Below are positions 37,702 through 49,666 of a DNA stretch of 64,000 nt, one piece after another; position 1 is the stretch's first letter, and each line of letters starts with the position of its first letter. A program made the position numbers and the translations under genes. Origin of the DNA: an uncultured Lachnospiraceae bacterium (GTDB lineage Bacteria; Bacillota; Clostridia; Lachnospirales; Lachnospiraceae); NCBI GenBank assembly GCA_949893755.1, contig CATLCV010000001.1:57091-121090 (forward strand), read 5' to 3'. The notes beneath the pieces are model-generated. The model was given only the letters and a program-made list of their open reading frames with translations, was not told the DNA's origin and did not search any database.

Positions 37702-39072
37702 CTATTCCTGTTCATCCCAATATTCCTGAACCGACGTGATCAGTTCTTCCCTGTCACTGCGTTCCGCAAGATACTTCTGCATTGCGGCGCCCAGCACAGC
37801 CCAATGGTCATTTGGTACGATCGCAGATGCATTAAATGCACGGCCCTCATGTACTTTTTCATAGATATCCCGGCTCAGCGGATCGCTTGGCTCATATGGA
37901 TTATTTTGAAACGGCGGGATCAGATTGCAGGTCTTAACCATCATCTGCTGCCCGATCTCACTGTAAACGATCCAGTTTAAAAATTCCTTTGCCGCGGCCT
38001 GTTCTTTTTCTGAGGCAAGCTGTCCGTCCAGCATGACCTGCTTGGAAGGGGAACCCTGGATCTGCTGATTTGCAAAATCGTCCTCATCATTGTTCATAAA
38101 ATAAGGCAGAAAACCATATGCGTCCTCATTTTCCGCTCCTGCTTCGGAAAGGTTCGGCCATGCCCAGTTTCCGTTAAACCAAAATGCCGTCTTTCCATCT
38201 GCAAGGTCAATCGCCATCTCGTCATAATCTGCTCCCAGCGGGTCTCCTTTGGCCACATTGTACTCTTTCAATACGTCAAACATATCCAGAAATTCCTGCA
38301 TCCGGTCATAGGAGTGCAAATCCAGCGTTCCATCCTTGATCTGCCTGATGACTTCCTGCGCGCCTTCGGACGTTCCGTCATAGGTCTCATAGACAAACTG
38401 CAGGTGATGTGCCCCCAGAGACCAGTCTTCCTTTGCCATAGAGACCGGCTACTTGATGCCGGCTTCTACCAGCCTGTCCAAAAGCTCTGTAAATTTCTCC
38501 AGCGTAGTGATCGAATCCGGATCAAATTCCTCTCCCAGAGCTTCCTCGATCACTGTCTTGTTGTAGATCACGCCGCGTCCCTCAATACACAGCGGAAGAC
38601 TGTATACCTTGCCGTTTACCTCTGTCAGATAGTCTTCCGCCTCTTCAATCCAGTCCTCATCAGACAGATCTGCTCCTTTTTCCTCCGCCAGAGCAATGAC
38701 ATCTGTTGTGTCCAGGATCGACATTGTGGGCGGATTCCCCGAATTGTATAGGCTGACTACCTTTGTATAGGGGGAATCATCTGTTACCGGCATCACCTCT
38801 ACATGAACTCCGGACTTTTTCTCAAATTCCTCTCCCATCTTCTCCAGTGCCACCTGGATCTCCGCCTTTGAATTCAGCAGCGTGATGTTTGTGCCTGACA
38901 GGGTACTGTCATACTCGAATGTGTCCACAGAGGTATCGATCGGTTCTTCTTTTACCTCTTCATTCGGATCATCCGGGTCACTCGCAAAACCGAATCTGCA
39001 TCCGGTCAGCATGGTCGGCATCAGCATCAGGGCAAACCCCAATGAAATGCCTCTTAATACTTTCTTTCTCAT
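37702..39072 (-). pseudogene. Sugar ABC substrate-binding lipoprotein interrupted by one in-frame TAG at 38449-38451
   Basis: ORFs 38449..39072 and 37702..38439 are in the same frame (GGC ATC AAG TAG CCG GTC TCT ATG). Lipobox LTGC; joined length about 456 codons, normal for the family. Confidence 0.8.
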
Positions 39073-39110
39073 GACTCAATCCTCCTTTTCTTTATAACTC
39101 TATTGTTGTA

Positions 39111-39258
39111 GTAACCGGTAAAGTAACCGGTTACTTTATTGATATATTAACATTGATAGGCAGCAAAGTCAAACCTCAATTTTCTTTTTATGAAAAGCGA
39201 CGATTTTGTCCGCCTGTATTTATGCACATTTCACAAAACCGGTTACTTTACCGATTAC
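39111..39258. promoter_or_regulatory. Divergent promoter region with LacI-type operators
   Basis: Perfect palindrome TAAAGTAACCGGTTACTTTA (39119-39138); inverted copy at 39237-39258; minus-strand TTGACT-N17-TAATAT. Confidence 0.7.
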
Positions 39259-39366
39259 ATCTTGTCTGTAATTTTTGTTTTTGATATACTGATCTGTATA
39301 GAGCCTGCATCTGCTCCGCAAGGGAGCATACGGCAGGATCTGCTCGTAAAGAAAGGCATTACCACT

Positions 39367-40416
39367 ATGAAAGAGAAAAAGAATGTGACCTTCAGCGATA
39401 TCGCAAATTACACGAACTTTTCGAAAACTACCATTTCCAGATATTTTAATAACCCGGACTCTCTTACGCTGGAAAACCAGCAGATTATTTCTGATGCTCT
39501 TGTTAAACTGGGCTATCAGGAGAATAAAGTAGCGCGGATCCTTGCAAATGGCAAAACAGAATTTATCGGTATCATCATTCCGGACCTGTATTACCATTTC
39601 TATTCGGAAATACTGAATCAGATTTTGTCCACATATGAGGTTTTCAATTATAAATTCCTGATATTTGTCGGCAATAAAAGTGAAGAAACGGAACGCCGTT
39701 ATATTCAGGAGCTTCTTGCCTATAAGATTGAGGGGATGATCATTTTAAGCCATACGATATCATCGAAAGAGCTTGCCGGACTCTCGATCCCCATCGTTAC
39801 GATTGAGCGTGAGGACCGGTATGTATGCAGCGTAAATACGGATAACCACATGGGCGGATATCAGGCGGCTGCCCTTCTTGCCAGGCATAAATGTGACATC
39901 CTGATCCATATCAACTCCCCTGCATCAGAAGATGTTCCTGCTTATGGACGCCTCAGGGGCTTTTCCGATTTCTGCCGTGAAAACGGCCTGAATTACCAGA
40001 TCATCCAAAAGGAATTTGGACATGACTACAAAAGTGCACTGACGCAGATCCAGACAATCCTTGATGGACTGGAAAGTCTTTATCCGGGACAGAAGAAGGG
40101 AATTTTCATCTCCAGCGACACGCTCGCCAATGTGATGCTGAATCTGCTCATCAGGAAATACGGCACACTGCCTGATGATTATCTCCTGGTTGGTTTTGAC
40201 AATTCCCCCATATCCCGTGAAGCTGTCCTTCCCATCAGCACGATCGGACAGCAGATCGATCAACTCGCCTACGAAGCCGTGCGCCTCCTTGTAGAGCAGA
40301 TGACGGAACAGAAAAAAAGAAAACCGGTTCCTTTAGAAAAGCCGGTTCACAAAGTGGTCCCCCCCATATTGTTCCGGCGGGAGACCACAGAGCATTCTAC
40401 AGATGCCGGTTCATAA
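39367..40416 (+). CDS. LacI family transcriptional regulator
   Basis: VTFSDIANYTNFSKTTISRYFN HTH, LGY..N..AR.L, VGFDN. Confidence 0.93.
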   Translation: MKEKKNVTFSDIANYTNFSKTTISRYFNNPDSLTLENQQIISDALVKLGYQENKVARILANGKTEFIGIIIPDLYYHFYSEILNQILSTYEVFNYKFLIFVGNKSEETERRYIQELLAYKIEGMIILSHTISSKELAGLSIPIVTIEREDRYVCSVNTDNHMGGYQAAALLARHKCDILIHINSPASEDVPAYGRLRGFSDFCRENGLNYQIIQKEFGHDYKSALTQIQTILDGLESLYPGQKKGIFISSDTLANVMLNLLIRKYGTLPDDYLLVGFDNSPISREAVLPISTIGQQIDQLAYEAVRLLVEQMTEQKKRKPVPLEKPVHKVVPPILFRRETTEHSTDAGS

Positions 40417-41320
40417 ATGCAATGACACCATATTCTACTTCATCCTTGATCTCCGCGTAGTTGTGGATCTCGTGGCGGAAGCCGGAATATACCTTTGTAT
40501 CCACGGTATGCCCGGTCTCATACAGCCAGTTGCTGACCTCATAGATTCCCTTCCCGTACTGTCCTACCGGGTCCTGGTCGCCACCGATGTTGTAGATAGG
40601 CAGATCCTTGGGAACCTTTTCAGCCCATTCCGTGCCGTTGATCACATTCATCATCTGTACAAAATAAAGCAGAGACTGGTTCGACGTCGGCTTTGTAAAC
40701 GCGTCGAAGGGATCCTCCGCATGGTCTCTCTGTACGTAGGGATCCGCACAGATCCATTCGTTTCCAATGCTGACCTCGCCGCACCGCTCGCACATCCATC
40801 CCAGCAGGCTGCCCGCATACGCCGGGTCGGATTCCTTTCCTTTTCCGTCGGCAACTGCCTTTTCCAGTTCCTTCGCCACGTCCTCCGCTCCCGGAAATAC
40901 GCCGGACGTTCCGCAGATGGTCGCGCCCGCAAGCTCGCTTCCGTATTTTGCGATGTAGTCCCTTACGATAAAGGAGCCCATGCTGTGGCCGAACAGGAAA
41001 TAGGGAAGTTCCGGATATTTCTCACATACCAGTTCTTTCAGCTTATGCTCGTCCTCCATCATGGTATGGCAGCCCTTGTCTCCCCAGTCGCCCCAGGTAT
41101 CATTCTCCAGTGCGGTCTTGCCATGGCCTACGTGGTCGTCGGCCGCTACGATAAACCCTGCGTCCATGAACTTTACGATCATATGCAGATACCGCCTGGA
41201 ATGCTCGCCGTAGCCGTGAATCACCTGAACGATGCCCTTCGGCTTTGCCGCCGGAACATAGATCCATCCATAGACCTCGTCCCGCTCGTTGAATGACTGA
41301 AATTTTACTTCGTGTAACAT
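40397..41320 (-). CDS. Alpha/beta hydrolase (lysophospholipase-like)
   Basis: IHGYGEH, DHVGHG, GHSMG nucleophile, GDQDPV, RHEIHN. Confidence 0.92.
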   Translation of the reverse strand: MLHEVKFQSFNERDEVYGWIYVPAAKPKGIVQVIHGYGEHSRRYLHMIVKFMDAGFIVAADDHVGHGKTALENDTWGDWGDKGCHTMMEDEHKLKELVCEKYPELPYFLFGHSMGSFIVRDYIAKYGSELAGATICGTSGVFPGAEDVAKELEKAVADGKGKESDPAYAGSLLGWMCERCGEVSIGNEWICADPYVQRDHAEDPFDAFTKPTSNQSLLYFVQMMNVINGTEWAEKVPKDLPIYNIGGDQDPVGQYGKGIYEVSNWLYETGHTVDTKVYSGFRHEIHNYAEIKDEVEYGVIAFMNRHL

Positions 41321-41400
41321 GTGATGTACCTCCTTATGTGAATTTTTTAATAGCCGTTCATCTCTCCTTATGAAAATATCCCCACCAAAATTGATGGGGA

Positions 41401-41552
41401 TCATTTACGAACTATACTACTTATATCCCACCTGTATAGCAAGTGGCAATCATTTACGCACCGAATCATTTATACCCCACACCATCGGCAAGTGGCTACA
41501 TTACCTGTTATACTACTTATACCCCGCCGTAGAACAAGCGGCAAACATTTAC
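41401..41552. repeat. Three degenerate ~48-bp tandem repeats
   Basis: Units starting near 41401, 41450 and 41499 share CATTTAC...TTATA(C/T)CCC..CAAG(T/C)GGC. Confidence 0.7.
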
Positions 41553-41609
41553 TTCTATAAGAACAGTATAGCAGAATCTCAAGGAAATGCAACCGATTTT
41601 TTAAATCAC

Positions 41610-42686
41610 TCAAAAATCCGTAGAACATCTTCTTACAATCTCACACCGCACCTTATGATCCTGCTCCACATCCTCTTTCCCCTGGAGCACCTCCAGCATC
41701 CGGTCAACCGCATCGTTGCAGAGCCGCTTCACCTGATTATCCACCGATGTCAGCTCCGGCTCACAGCAGACAGCCATCGTGGAATTGTTATATCCTGCCA
41801 CGCTGAGCTCCTCCGGCACGGCCAGCCCTCTTGCCCTGGCATATTTGAGCACTCCGACAGCCAGACCGTCATTGCATGCAAATGCACTGTCAAATTCCAA
41901 TGTCCGGTGCGCCAGCAGCATTTCCTTTACATACAGCACCTTGTTCTGCACATAGCCCGCTGAATTTTCTGAAAATTCAGCAAGACCGTCTCCCTCCGGC
42001 TGATGCATGCCGAATGGACGGATATAATACTTCAGATCGCCCAATATGGGATATCCCGCGTCTGTCAGCGCGCTCTCATAGCCTTCCAGCTTCTGCCGCG
42101 CGCTGTACGTCTGCGAATCATACAAAAAGAGGATCCTTTTTTTCCCCCGGCGGATCAGGGCCCGGGTCACGTCATACGCTCCCTGCCGGTCATCCCCGTA
42201 GGAGCAGTAGATATTTTCTCCTTTCACATATCCGTTGATCATAAATACCGGGACCTGCTCTGCCGCCGCGCGGACATATTCCGTCTCTTCCGGATCCTTT
42301 CCCGATCCTGCATACAGAGACCCCACGAGGATCAGTGCATCAATCCGCTTGGAGAGCAGCAGCCTGGTATGGTGTTCCCGGGCCTCCTGCGCGCTCCCGC
42401 TGCAGCCCAGGATACAGTCGTATCCGCACTCGTGGAGACGCTTTTCCAGATGCGAGACCGCCTCCGCCATATACTGGTCGGAGATATCCGGGCAGAGGAT
42501 GCCGATAGTCTTCATGGAATTCAGCCCCAGCCCTCTGGCAAATACATTCGGCGTATATTCCGATTCTTCCATCACCGCAAGGACCTTCTGTTTTGTTTTT
42601 TCGCTGACGCGGGGACTTCCGTTCACAACCCTGGAAACGGTAGCGATCGAAACACCCGACAGCTTTGCTATATCGTAAATATTCAT
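41610..42686 (-). CDS. LacI family transcriptional regulator (likely hexuronate regulon)
   Basis: MNIYDIAKLSGVSIATVSRVVN; divergent from uxaA. Confidence 0.94.
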   Translation of the reverse strand: MNIYDIAKLSGVSIATVSRVVNGSPRVSEKTKQKVLAVMEESEYTPNVFARGLGLNSMKTIGILCPDISDQYMAEAVSHLEKRLHECGYDCILGCSGSAQEAREHHTRLLLSKRIDALILVGSLYAGSGKDPEETEYVRAAAEQVPVFMINGYVKGENIYCSYGDDRQGAYDVTRALIRRGKKRILFLYDSQTYSARQKLEGYESALTDAGYPILGDLKYYIRPFGMHQPEGDGLAEFSENSAGYVQNKVLYVKEMLLAHRTLEFDSAFACNDGLAVGVLKYARARGLAVPEELSVAGYNNSTMAVCCEPELTSVDNQVKRLCNDAVDRMLEVLQGKEDVEQDHKVRCEIVRRCSTDF

Positions 42687-42928
42687 CCTGTCACCTCTTA
42701 AGAATTATGTGGAAATAACTTATACATCTTGACTTGTCTATCTCTCCGATCGCACAGGTCAAAACACCTGCTTATCGTTCCATCCTTTCCATTGCTCGCA
42801 AAAGTTATAATTGTAAGTTCTTTCACCGTCGATTCTATCACTACATTAAATTCTATAATATTTTTCATAAAAAAGCAAATCTTATCTCCAAATTTTTCAC
42901 ATTATTTTCAACTTTTTTTCTTTTTCTA

Positions 42929-42974
42929 TTGACTCTTCTCCTATTTTGTAGTACACTTTGTGTAAGCGCTTACA
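42929..42974 (+). promoter_or_regulatory. uxaA promoter and LacI-type operator
   Basis: TTGACT-N17-TACACT followed by perfect palindrome TGTAAGCGCTTACA. Confidence 0.75.
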
Positions 42975-43044
42975 TCAAGTAAGAAACGAACCAAACCACT
43001 TGTCACTTATTAACAGAAGCTCTCTATTTCAGAAAGGAACCTTT

Positions 43045-44526
43045 ATGCAGGAATTTATCAAAATTCATCCGCAGGACAATGTAGCGGTTGCCCTGTGCCC
43101 CCTGTCTGCAGGCAGTACATTCCAGGTGGGCTCACAGACCGTTATACTGGCCGAAGATATTCCCCAGGGGCATAAGTTTACTTTGACAGCCCTTTCGGAG
43201 GGGGAACAGGTCATCAAGTACGGAAGTCCCATCGGATATACCAAAGAACCGGTAGATGCCGGCGCCTGGATCCATACCCATAATCTGAGGACCGGCCTGG
43301 GCGATGTACTGACTTATCATTATGAACCGCAGATTTCTTCCCTTGCTTCTTCCGCGCCAGCCTTCTTTCAGGGCTACCGCAGGGCAGACGGAAGAGTCGG
43401 TGTCCGCAACAATATCTGGATCATCCCGACCGTAGGCTGTGTCAATAATATAGCCACAGCCATCGAGCGGCAGGCTCAAGAGTACCTTACGGAGCAGATT
43501 GACGAGATTTCCGCATTTCCCCACCCTTACGGCTGCTCCCAGATGGGTGACGATCAGGAGCACACCCGGCAGATCCTTGCCGACCTGATTCAGCATCCCA
43601 ACGCAGGCGGCGTACTGGTGCTCGGCCTGGGATGCGAGAACAGCAATATTGAAGAACTGAAAAAATACATTGGAGACTATGACCCTCAGCGTGTCCGTTT
43701 CCTTGTCTGCCAGGAATCTGAGGATGAGATTGCGGATGCCCTTGATATCATCCGGGAACTTGCGGAATATGCCGGGCAGTTCCGACGGGAGCCCATCCCC
43801 TGCAGCGAGCTGGTCATCGGCATGAAGTGCGGCGGCTCCGACGGTCTGTCCGGCATCACGGCCAACCCTGTGGTGGGCGCGTTTTCCGACCTGTTGATCT
43901 CCAAGGGCGGCACCACCGTCCTGACCGAGGTTCCGGAAATGTTCGGAGCGGAAACCCAGCTCATGAACCGCTGCGAGACGGAAGAACTGTTTCAAGAGAC
44001 CGTAAATCTGATCAACGATTTTAAGGAATATTTCAAAAGCCACAACCAGACGATTTATGAGAATCCCTCCCCCGGAAACAAGAAGGGCGGCATCTCCACC
44101 CTGGAGGATAAGTCTCTGGGATGCACGCAGAAGTCCGGAAGCGCTCCTGTCCGCGGAGTCCTCTCCTACGGGGAGCCGATCCGCGGCAAGGGACTGCATT
44201 TATTAAGCGCCCCGGGAAATGACCTGGTAGCCTCCACGGCTCTGGCGGCATCCGGAGCGCATATCGTCCTGTTTACCACCGGACGAGGCACGCCCTTTGC
44301 CTGCCCGGTGCCGACCATGAAGATCTCCACCAATTCCGCACTCTATAAGCGGAAATCCAACTGGATCGACTTCAACTGCGGGACCTTGGTAGAGGGGATA
44401 CCGCTGAATGAACTGGCGGAGCAGCTTTTTGACAAGGTGATCCGAACCGCTTCCGGAGAAAAGGTAAAATCCGAGGAAGCCGGATTCCACGATTTTGCCA
44501 TCTTCAAGCAAGGTGTAACCTTATAA
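43045..44526 (+). CDS. uxaA: Altronate dehydratase
   Basis: SAF domain DNVAVAL..GHK, IPTVGCVN, HPYGCSQ, GLGCEN, KCGGSD, ENPSPGNK.GG. Confidence 0.95.
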   Translation: MQEFIKIHPQDNVAVALCPLSAGSTFQVGSQTVILAEDIPQGHKFTLTALSEGEQVIKYGSPIGYTKEPVDAGAWIHTHNLRTGLGDVLTYHYEPQISSLASSAPAFFQGYRRADGRVGVRNNIWIIPTVGCVNNIATAIERQAQEYLTEQIDEISAFPHPYGCSQMGDDQEHTRQILADLIQHPNAGGVLVLGLGCENSNIEELKKYIGDYDPQRVRFLVCQESEDEIADALDIIRELAEYAGQFRREPIPCSELVIGMKCGGSDGLSGITANPVVGAFSDLLISKGGTTVLTEVPEMFGAETQLMNRCETEELFQETVNLINDFKEYFKSHNQTIYENPSPGNKKGGISTLEDKSLGCTQKSGSAPVRGVLSYGEPIRGKGLHLLSAPGNDLVASTALAASGAHIVLFTTGRGTPFACPVPTMKISTNSALYKRKSNWIDFNCGTLVEGIPLNELAEQLFDKVIRTASGEKVKSEEAGFHDFAIFKQGVTL

Positions 44527-44629
44527 AATGAATTGCCTGTACTGCCGCCCTCACGCCATGGCAGACAGACAGCGCAGGCAGTAACATATTCTGCTGTTTT
44601 CATTTACTGATTGAAAGAAAGGAATCATC

Positions 44630-46120
44630 ATGAAAAAATTATGCTATCAGACCTTAAAAGATATAAATTATGACGGCTACCTGCTTCCCGAAGCGCCGGA
44701 GCGGGTACTGCAGTTCGGAGAAGGCAACTTTCTCCGTGCCTTTGTAGACTATTTTTTCGATGTATTAAATGAAAAGACCGGGTTTAACTCCAAGGTTGTC
44801 CTGTGCCAGCCTATCGCACCGGGGCTTGCCGATATGATCAATGAACAGGAAGGGCTCTATACCCTTTATCTGCGCGGCTTCCAGGATGGTCAGAAGGTAA
44901 ACCGGAAGCGGATCATTTCCTGTGTCAGCAGGTGCCTCAATCCCTATACGGAATTTGACGCGCTTCTGGCATGCGCGGAAAATCCGGATCTGAGATACAT
45001 TGCATGCAATACGACCGAGGCCGGAATCGTATATGACCCTTCCTGCCAGTTCACCGATACTCCGGCGGACAGCTATCCAGGCAAGCTGACCCAGTTTTTG
45101 TACCGCCGTTTCCAGACGTTCGGAAAGGAAACCGGAAAAGGCTTCGTAATCCTTTCCTGCGAGCTGATCGACAACAATGGGAAAGAACTGGAAAAATGTG
45201 TCCTCCAATATGCGGAGCAGTGGAATCTGGGAGAGGATTTTACAGCCTGGATCCAAAGCGAAAATATCTTCTGTTCCACACTGGTAGACCGGATTGTTAC
45301 AGGATATCCCCGCGCCGAGGCCGAATCCATCAACAAAGAGAACGGCTACATCGACCAGCTCATTGATACCGGAGAAATCTTCGGCTTCTGGGTGATTGAA
45401 GGCCCACAGTCCCTGAAAGCAGAGCTTCCCTTTGAAGAGGCCGGGCTTCCGGTGCTGATCACCGACGACCACAAGCCCTATAAGCAGCGCAAGGTCCGTA
45501 TCCTGAACGGAGCGCATACCTCGTTTGTGCTGGGGGCGTATCTGGCGGGACAGAATATCGTGCGTGACTGCATGAATGACGACGTGATCCAGGGATTTAT
45601 GAATCAGACCATTTATGAGGAGATCATTCCCACACTGACGCTTCCAAAGGGAGAATTGGAGGACTTCGCCGCGTCCGTGACAGAACGGTTTAAAAACCCG
45701 TTTATCGACCATGCGCTGCTGGCGATCTCTCTCAATTCCACCTCAAAATGGAAAGCGCGCGTCATGCCTTCCCTGAAAGGATATTTAGAAAAAACAGGAA
45801 AGCTTCCGGCATGCATCACCGCCTCCTTCGCGTTTTACATCGCGTTTTTCAATGGGGACCATCTGACGGAGGATGCCTTGATGGGACACCGGGGCGCGGA
45901 AGAATATCCGATCAAGGATGACCGTTATGTTCTGGAATTTTTCGAAGCACACAAGGATGACAGTGCCGCAGAGCTGGCCCATGCCGTATGCACCAATGAA
46001 AGCTTCTGGGGCGAGGACTTGAGCCGGCTGGATGGATTCGAGACTGCGGTTGCCGGGTATCTGGAAGACATCCGGACAAAGGGCGCTTATGAAGTCATGA
46101 AGGGCTGTCTGGCAGGATAG
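44630..46120 (+). CDS. uxaB: Tagaturonate reductase (altronate oxidoreductase)
   Basis: QFGEGNFLRAF, NTTEAGI, CELID.NG, TLVDRIV.GYP, KVRILNGAHT, RF.NPFIDH. Confidence 0.95.
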   Translation: MKKLCYQTLKDINYDGYLLPEAPERVLQFGEGNFLRAFVDYFFDVLNEKTGFNSKVVLCQPIAPGLADMINEQEGLYTLYLRGFQDGQKVNRKRIISCVSRCLNPYTEFDALLACAENPDLRYIACNTTEAGIVYDPSCQFTDTPADSYPGKLTQFLYRRFQTFGKETGKGFVILSCELIDNNGKELEKCVLQYAEQWNLGEDFTAWIQSENIFCSTLVDRIVTGYPRAEAESINKENGYIDQLIDTGEIFGFWVIEGPQSLKAELPFEEAGLPVLITDDHKPYKQRKVRILNGAHTSFVLGAYLAGQNIVRDCMNDDVIQGFMNQTIYEEIIPTLTLPKGELEDFAASVTERFKNPFIDHALLAISLNSTSKWKARVMPSLKGYLEKTGKLPACITASFAFYIAFFNGDHLTEDALMGHRGAEEYPIKDDRYVLEFFEAHKDDSAAELAHAVCTNESFWGEDLSRLDGFETAVAGYLEDIRTKGAYEVMKGCLAG

Positions 46121-46162
46121 TTCCTATGTAATCTTATATTTATATCCTATTTATGGAACCTG

Positions 46163-46197
46163 ACAGGCGGCCCGATTACCGAGCCGCCTGTATTTAT
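46163..46197 (+). terminator. Terminator after uxaB
   Basis: ACAGGCGGC...GCCGCCTGT followed by an AT-rich tail. Confidence 0.7.
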
Positions 46198-46204
46198 ATT
46201 CTAC

Positions 46205-46346
46205 TATTTTCGGTCAAAATCTGATTATGCGCACTTCTATTTCCGGCTGAAATCTGATTATGCGCACTTTTATTTCCGGCTGAAATCTGATTATGCGCAC
46301 TTTTATTTCCAGCTGAAATCTGATTATGCGCACTTTCATACCCGGC
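46205..46346. repeat. 33-bp tandem repeat, about 4.3 copies
   Basis: AAATCTGATTATGCGCACTT recurs at 46217, 46250, 46283 and 46316 with near-identical linkers. Confidence 0.92.
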
Positions 46347-46349
46347 AGA

Positions 46350-49085
<2,736 letters not shown>

Positions 49086-49099
<14 letters not shown>

Positions 49100-49448
49100 C
49101 CTGCACCTCCGCGCTTTTTTCTTTTTTGCAAGTGTAAATAATATGATACATCTCGATCAGTTCTTCTGCCAGGTCACGGACAACCATTGCATCCATAAGA
49201 TGATCCTGCCCATGAACCATCAGAAGGTCTGCACCCGATTCCTGATCAGAATCCAGGGTATCCTGTATCAGAGATGTCTGGAATTGATGCGCTTTATTTA
49301 AAGCCTCTTTGCATTCTTCCATCAATTTTTCCGCCTGCGGGAAATTCTTCTCCTTAGCAGCATGGATCGCTTCCAGGGCATTTGCCCTTGCATTTCCGCC
49401 ATTCACTACCAGTTCGGTAATCACAGACTCTAATTTTTCCTTGTTCAT
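49086..49448 (-). CDS. PTS lactose/cellobiose family EIIA
   Basis: GNARA, AHQFQT.LI, LLMVHGQDHLM; AGGAG RBS before ATG 49448. Confidence 0.92.
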
Positions 49449-49666
49449 ATCGTACTCTCCTTGTCTTTTTTGATTTCTTACACAGCATACCAGCATTTTT
49501 TGAAAGACTCCATAGAATTCTACGGCATAATAATATGGTAAATTATCGAATGAAGTTTTTATGCCGGAATATTGTGGTAATTTTCTAAGTGGAAATCCAG
49601 GGTCATGAAAGCTATAATACACTTAAATGAAATGCAAGCGTATAAAATGGTTTTGGGGGGCGGATT

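Noticed and set aside
38449-38451. Genome-wide TAG recoding
   Set aside because: Other genes end normally at TAG and only one internal amber was found.
41401-41552. Possible degenerate CRISPR array
   Set aside because: Period about 48 bp with interleaved conserved blocks, only three units, no cas genes.
46205-46346. Possible CRISPR array
   Set aside because: Linkers are only 13 bp and nearly identical; no unique spacers and no cas genes.
49655-49660. Poly-G phase-variation tract before the PRD regulator
   Set aside because: Only six G and positioned as the ribosome-binding site.
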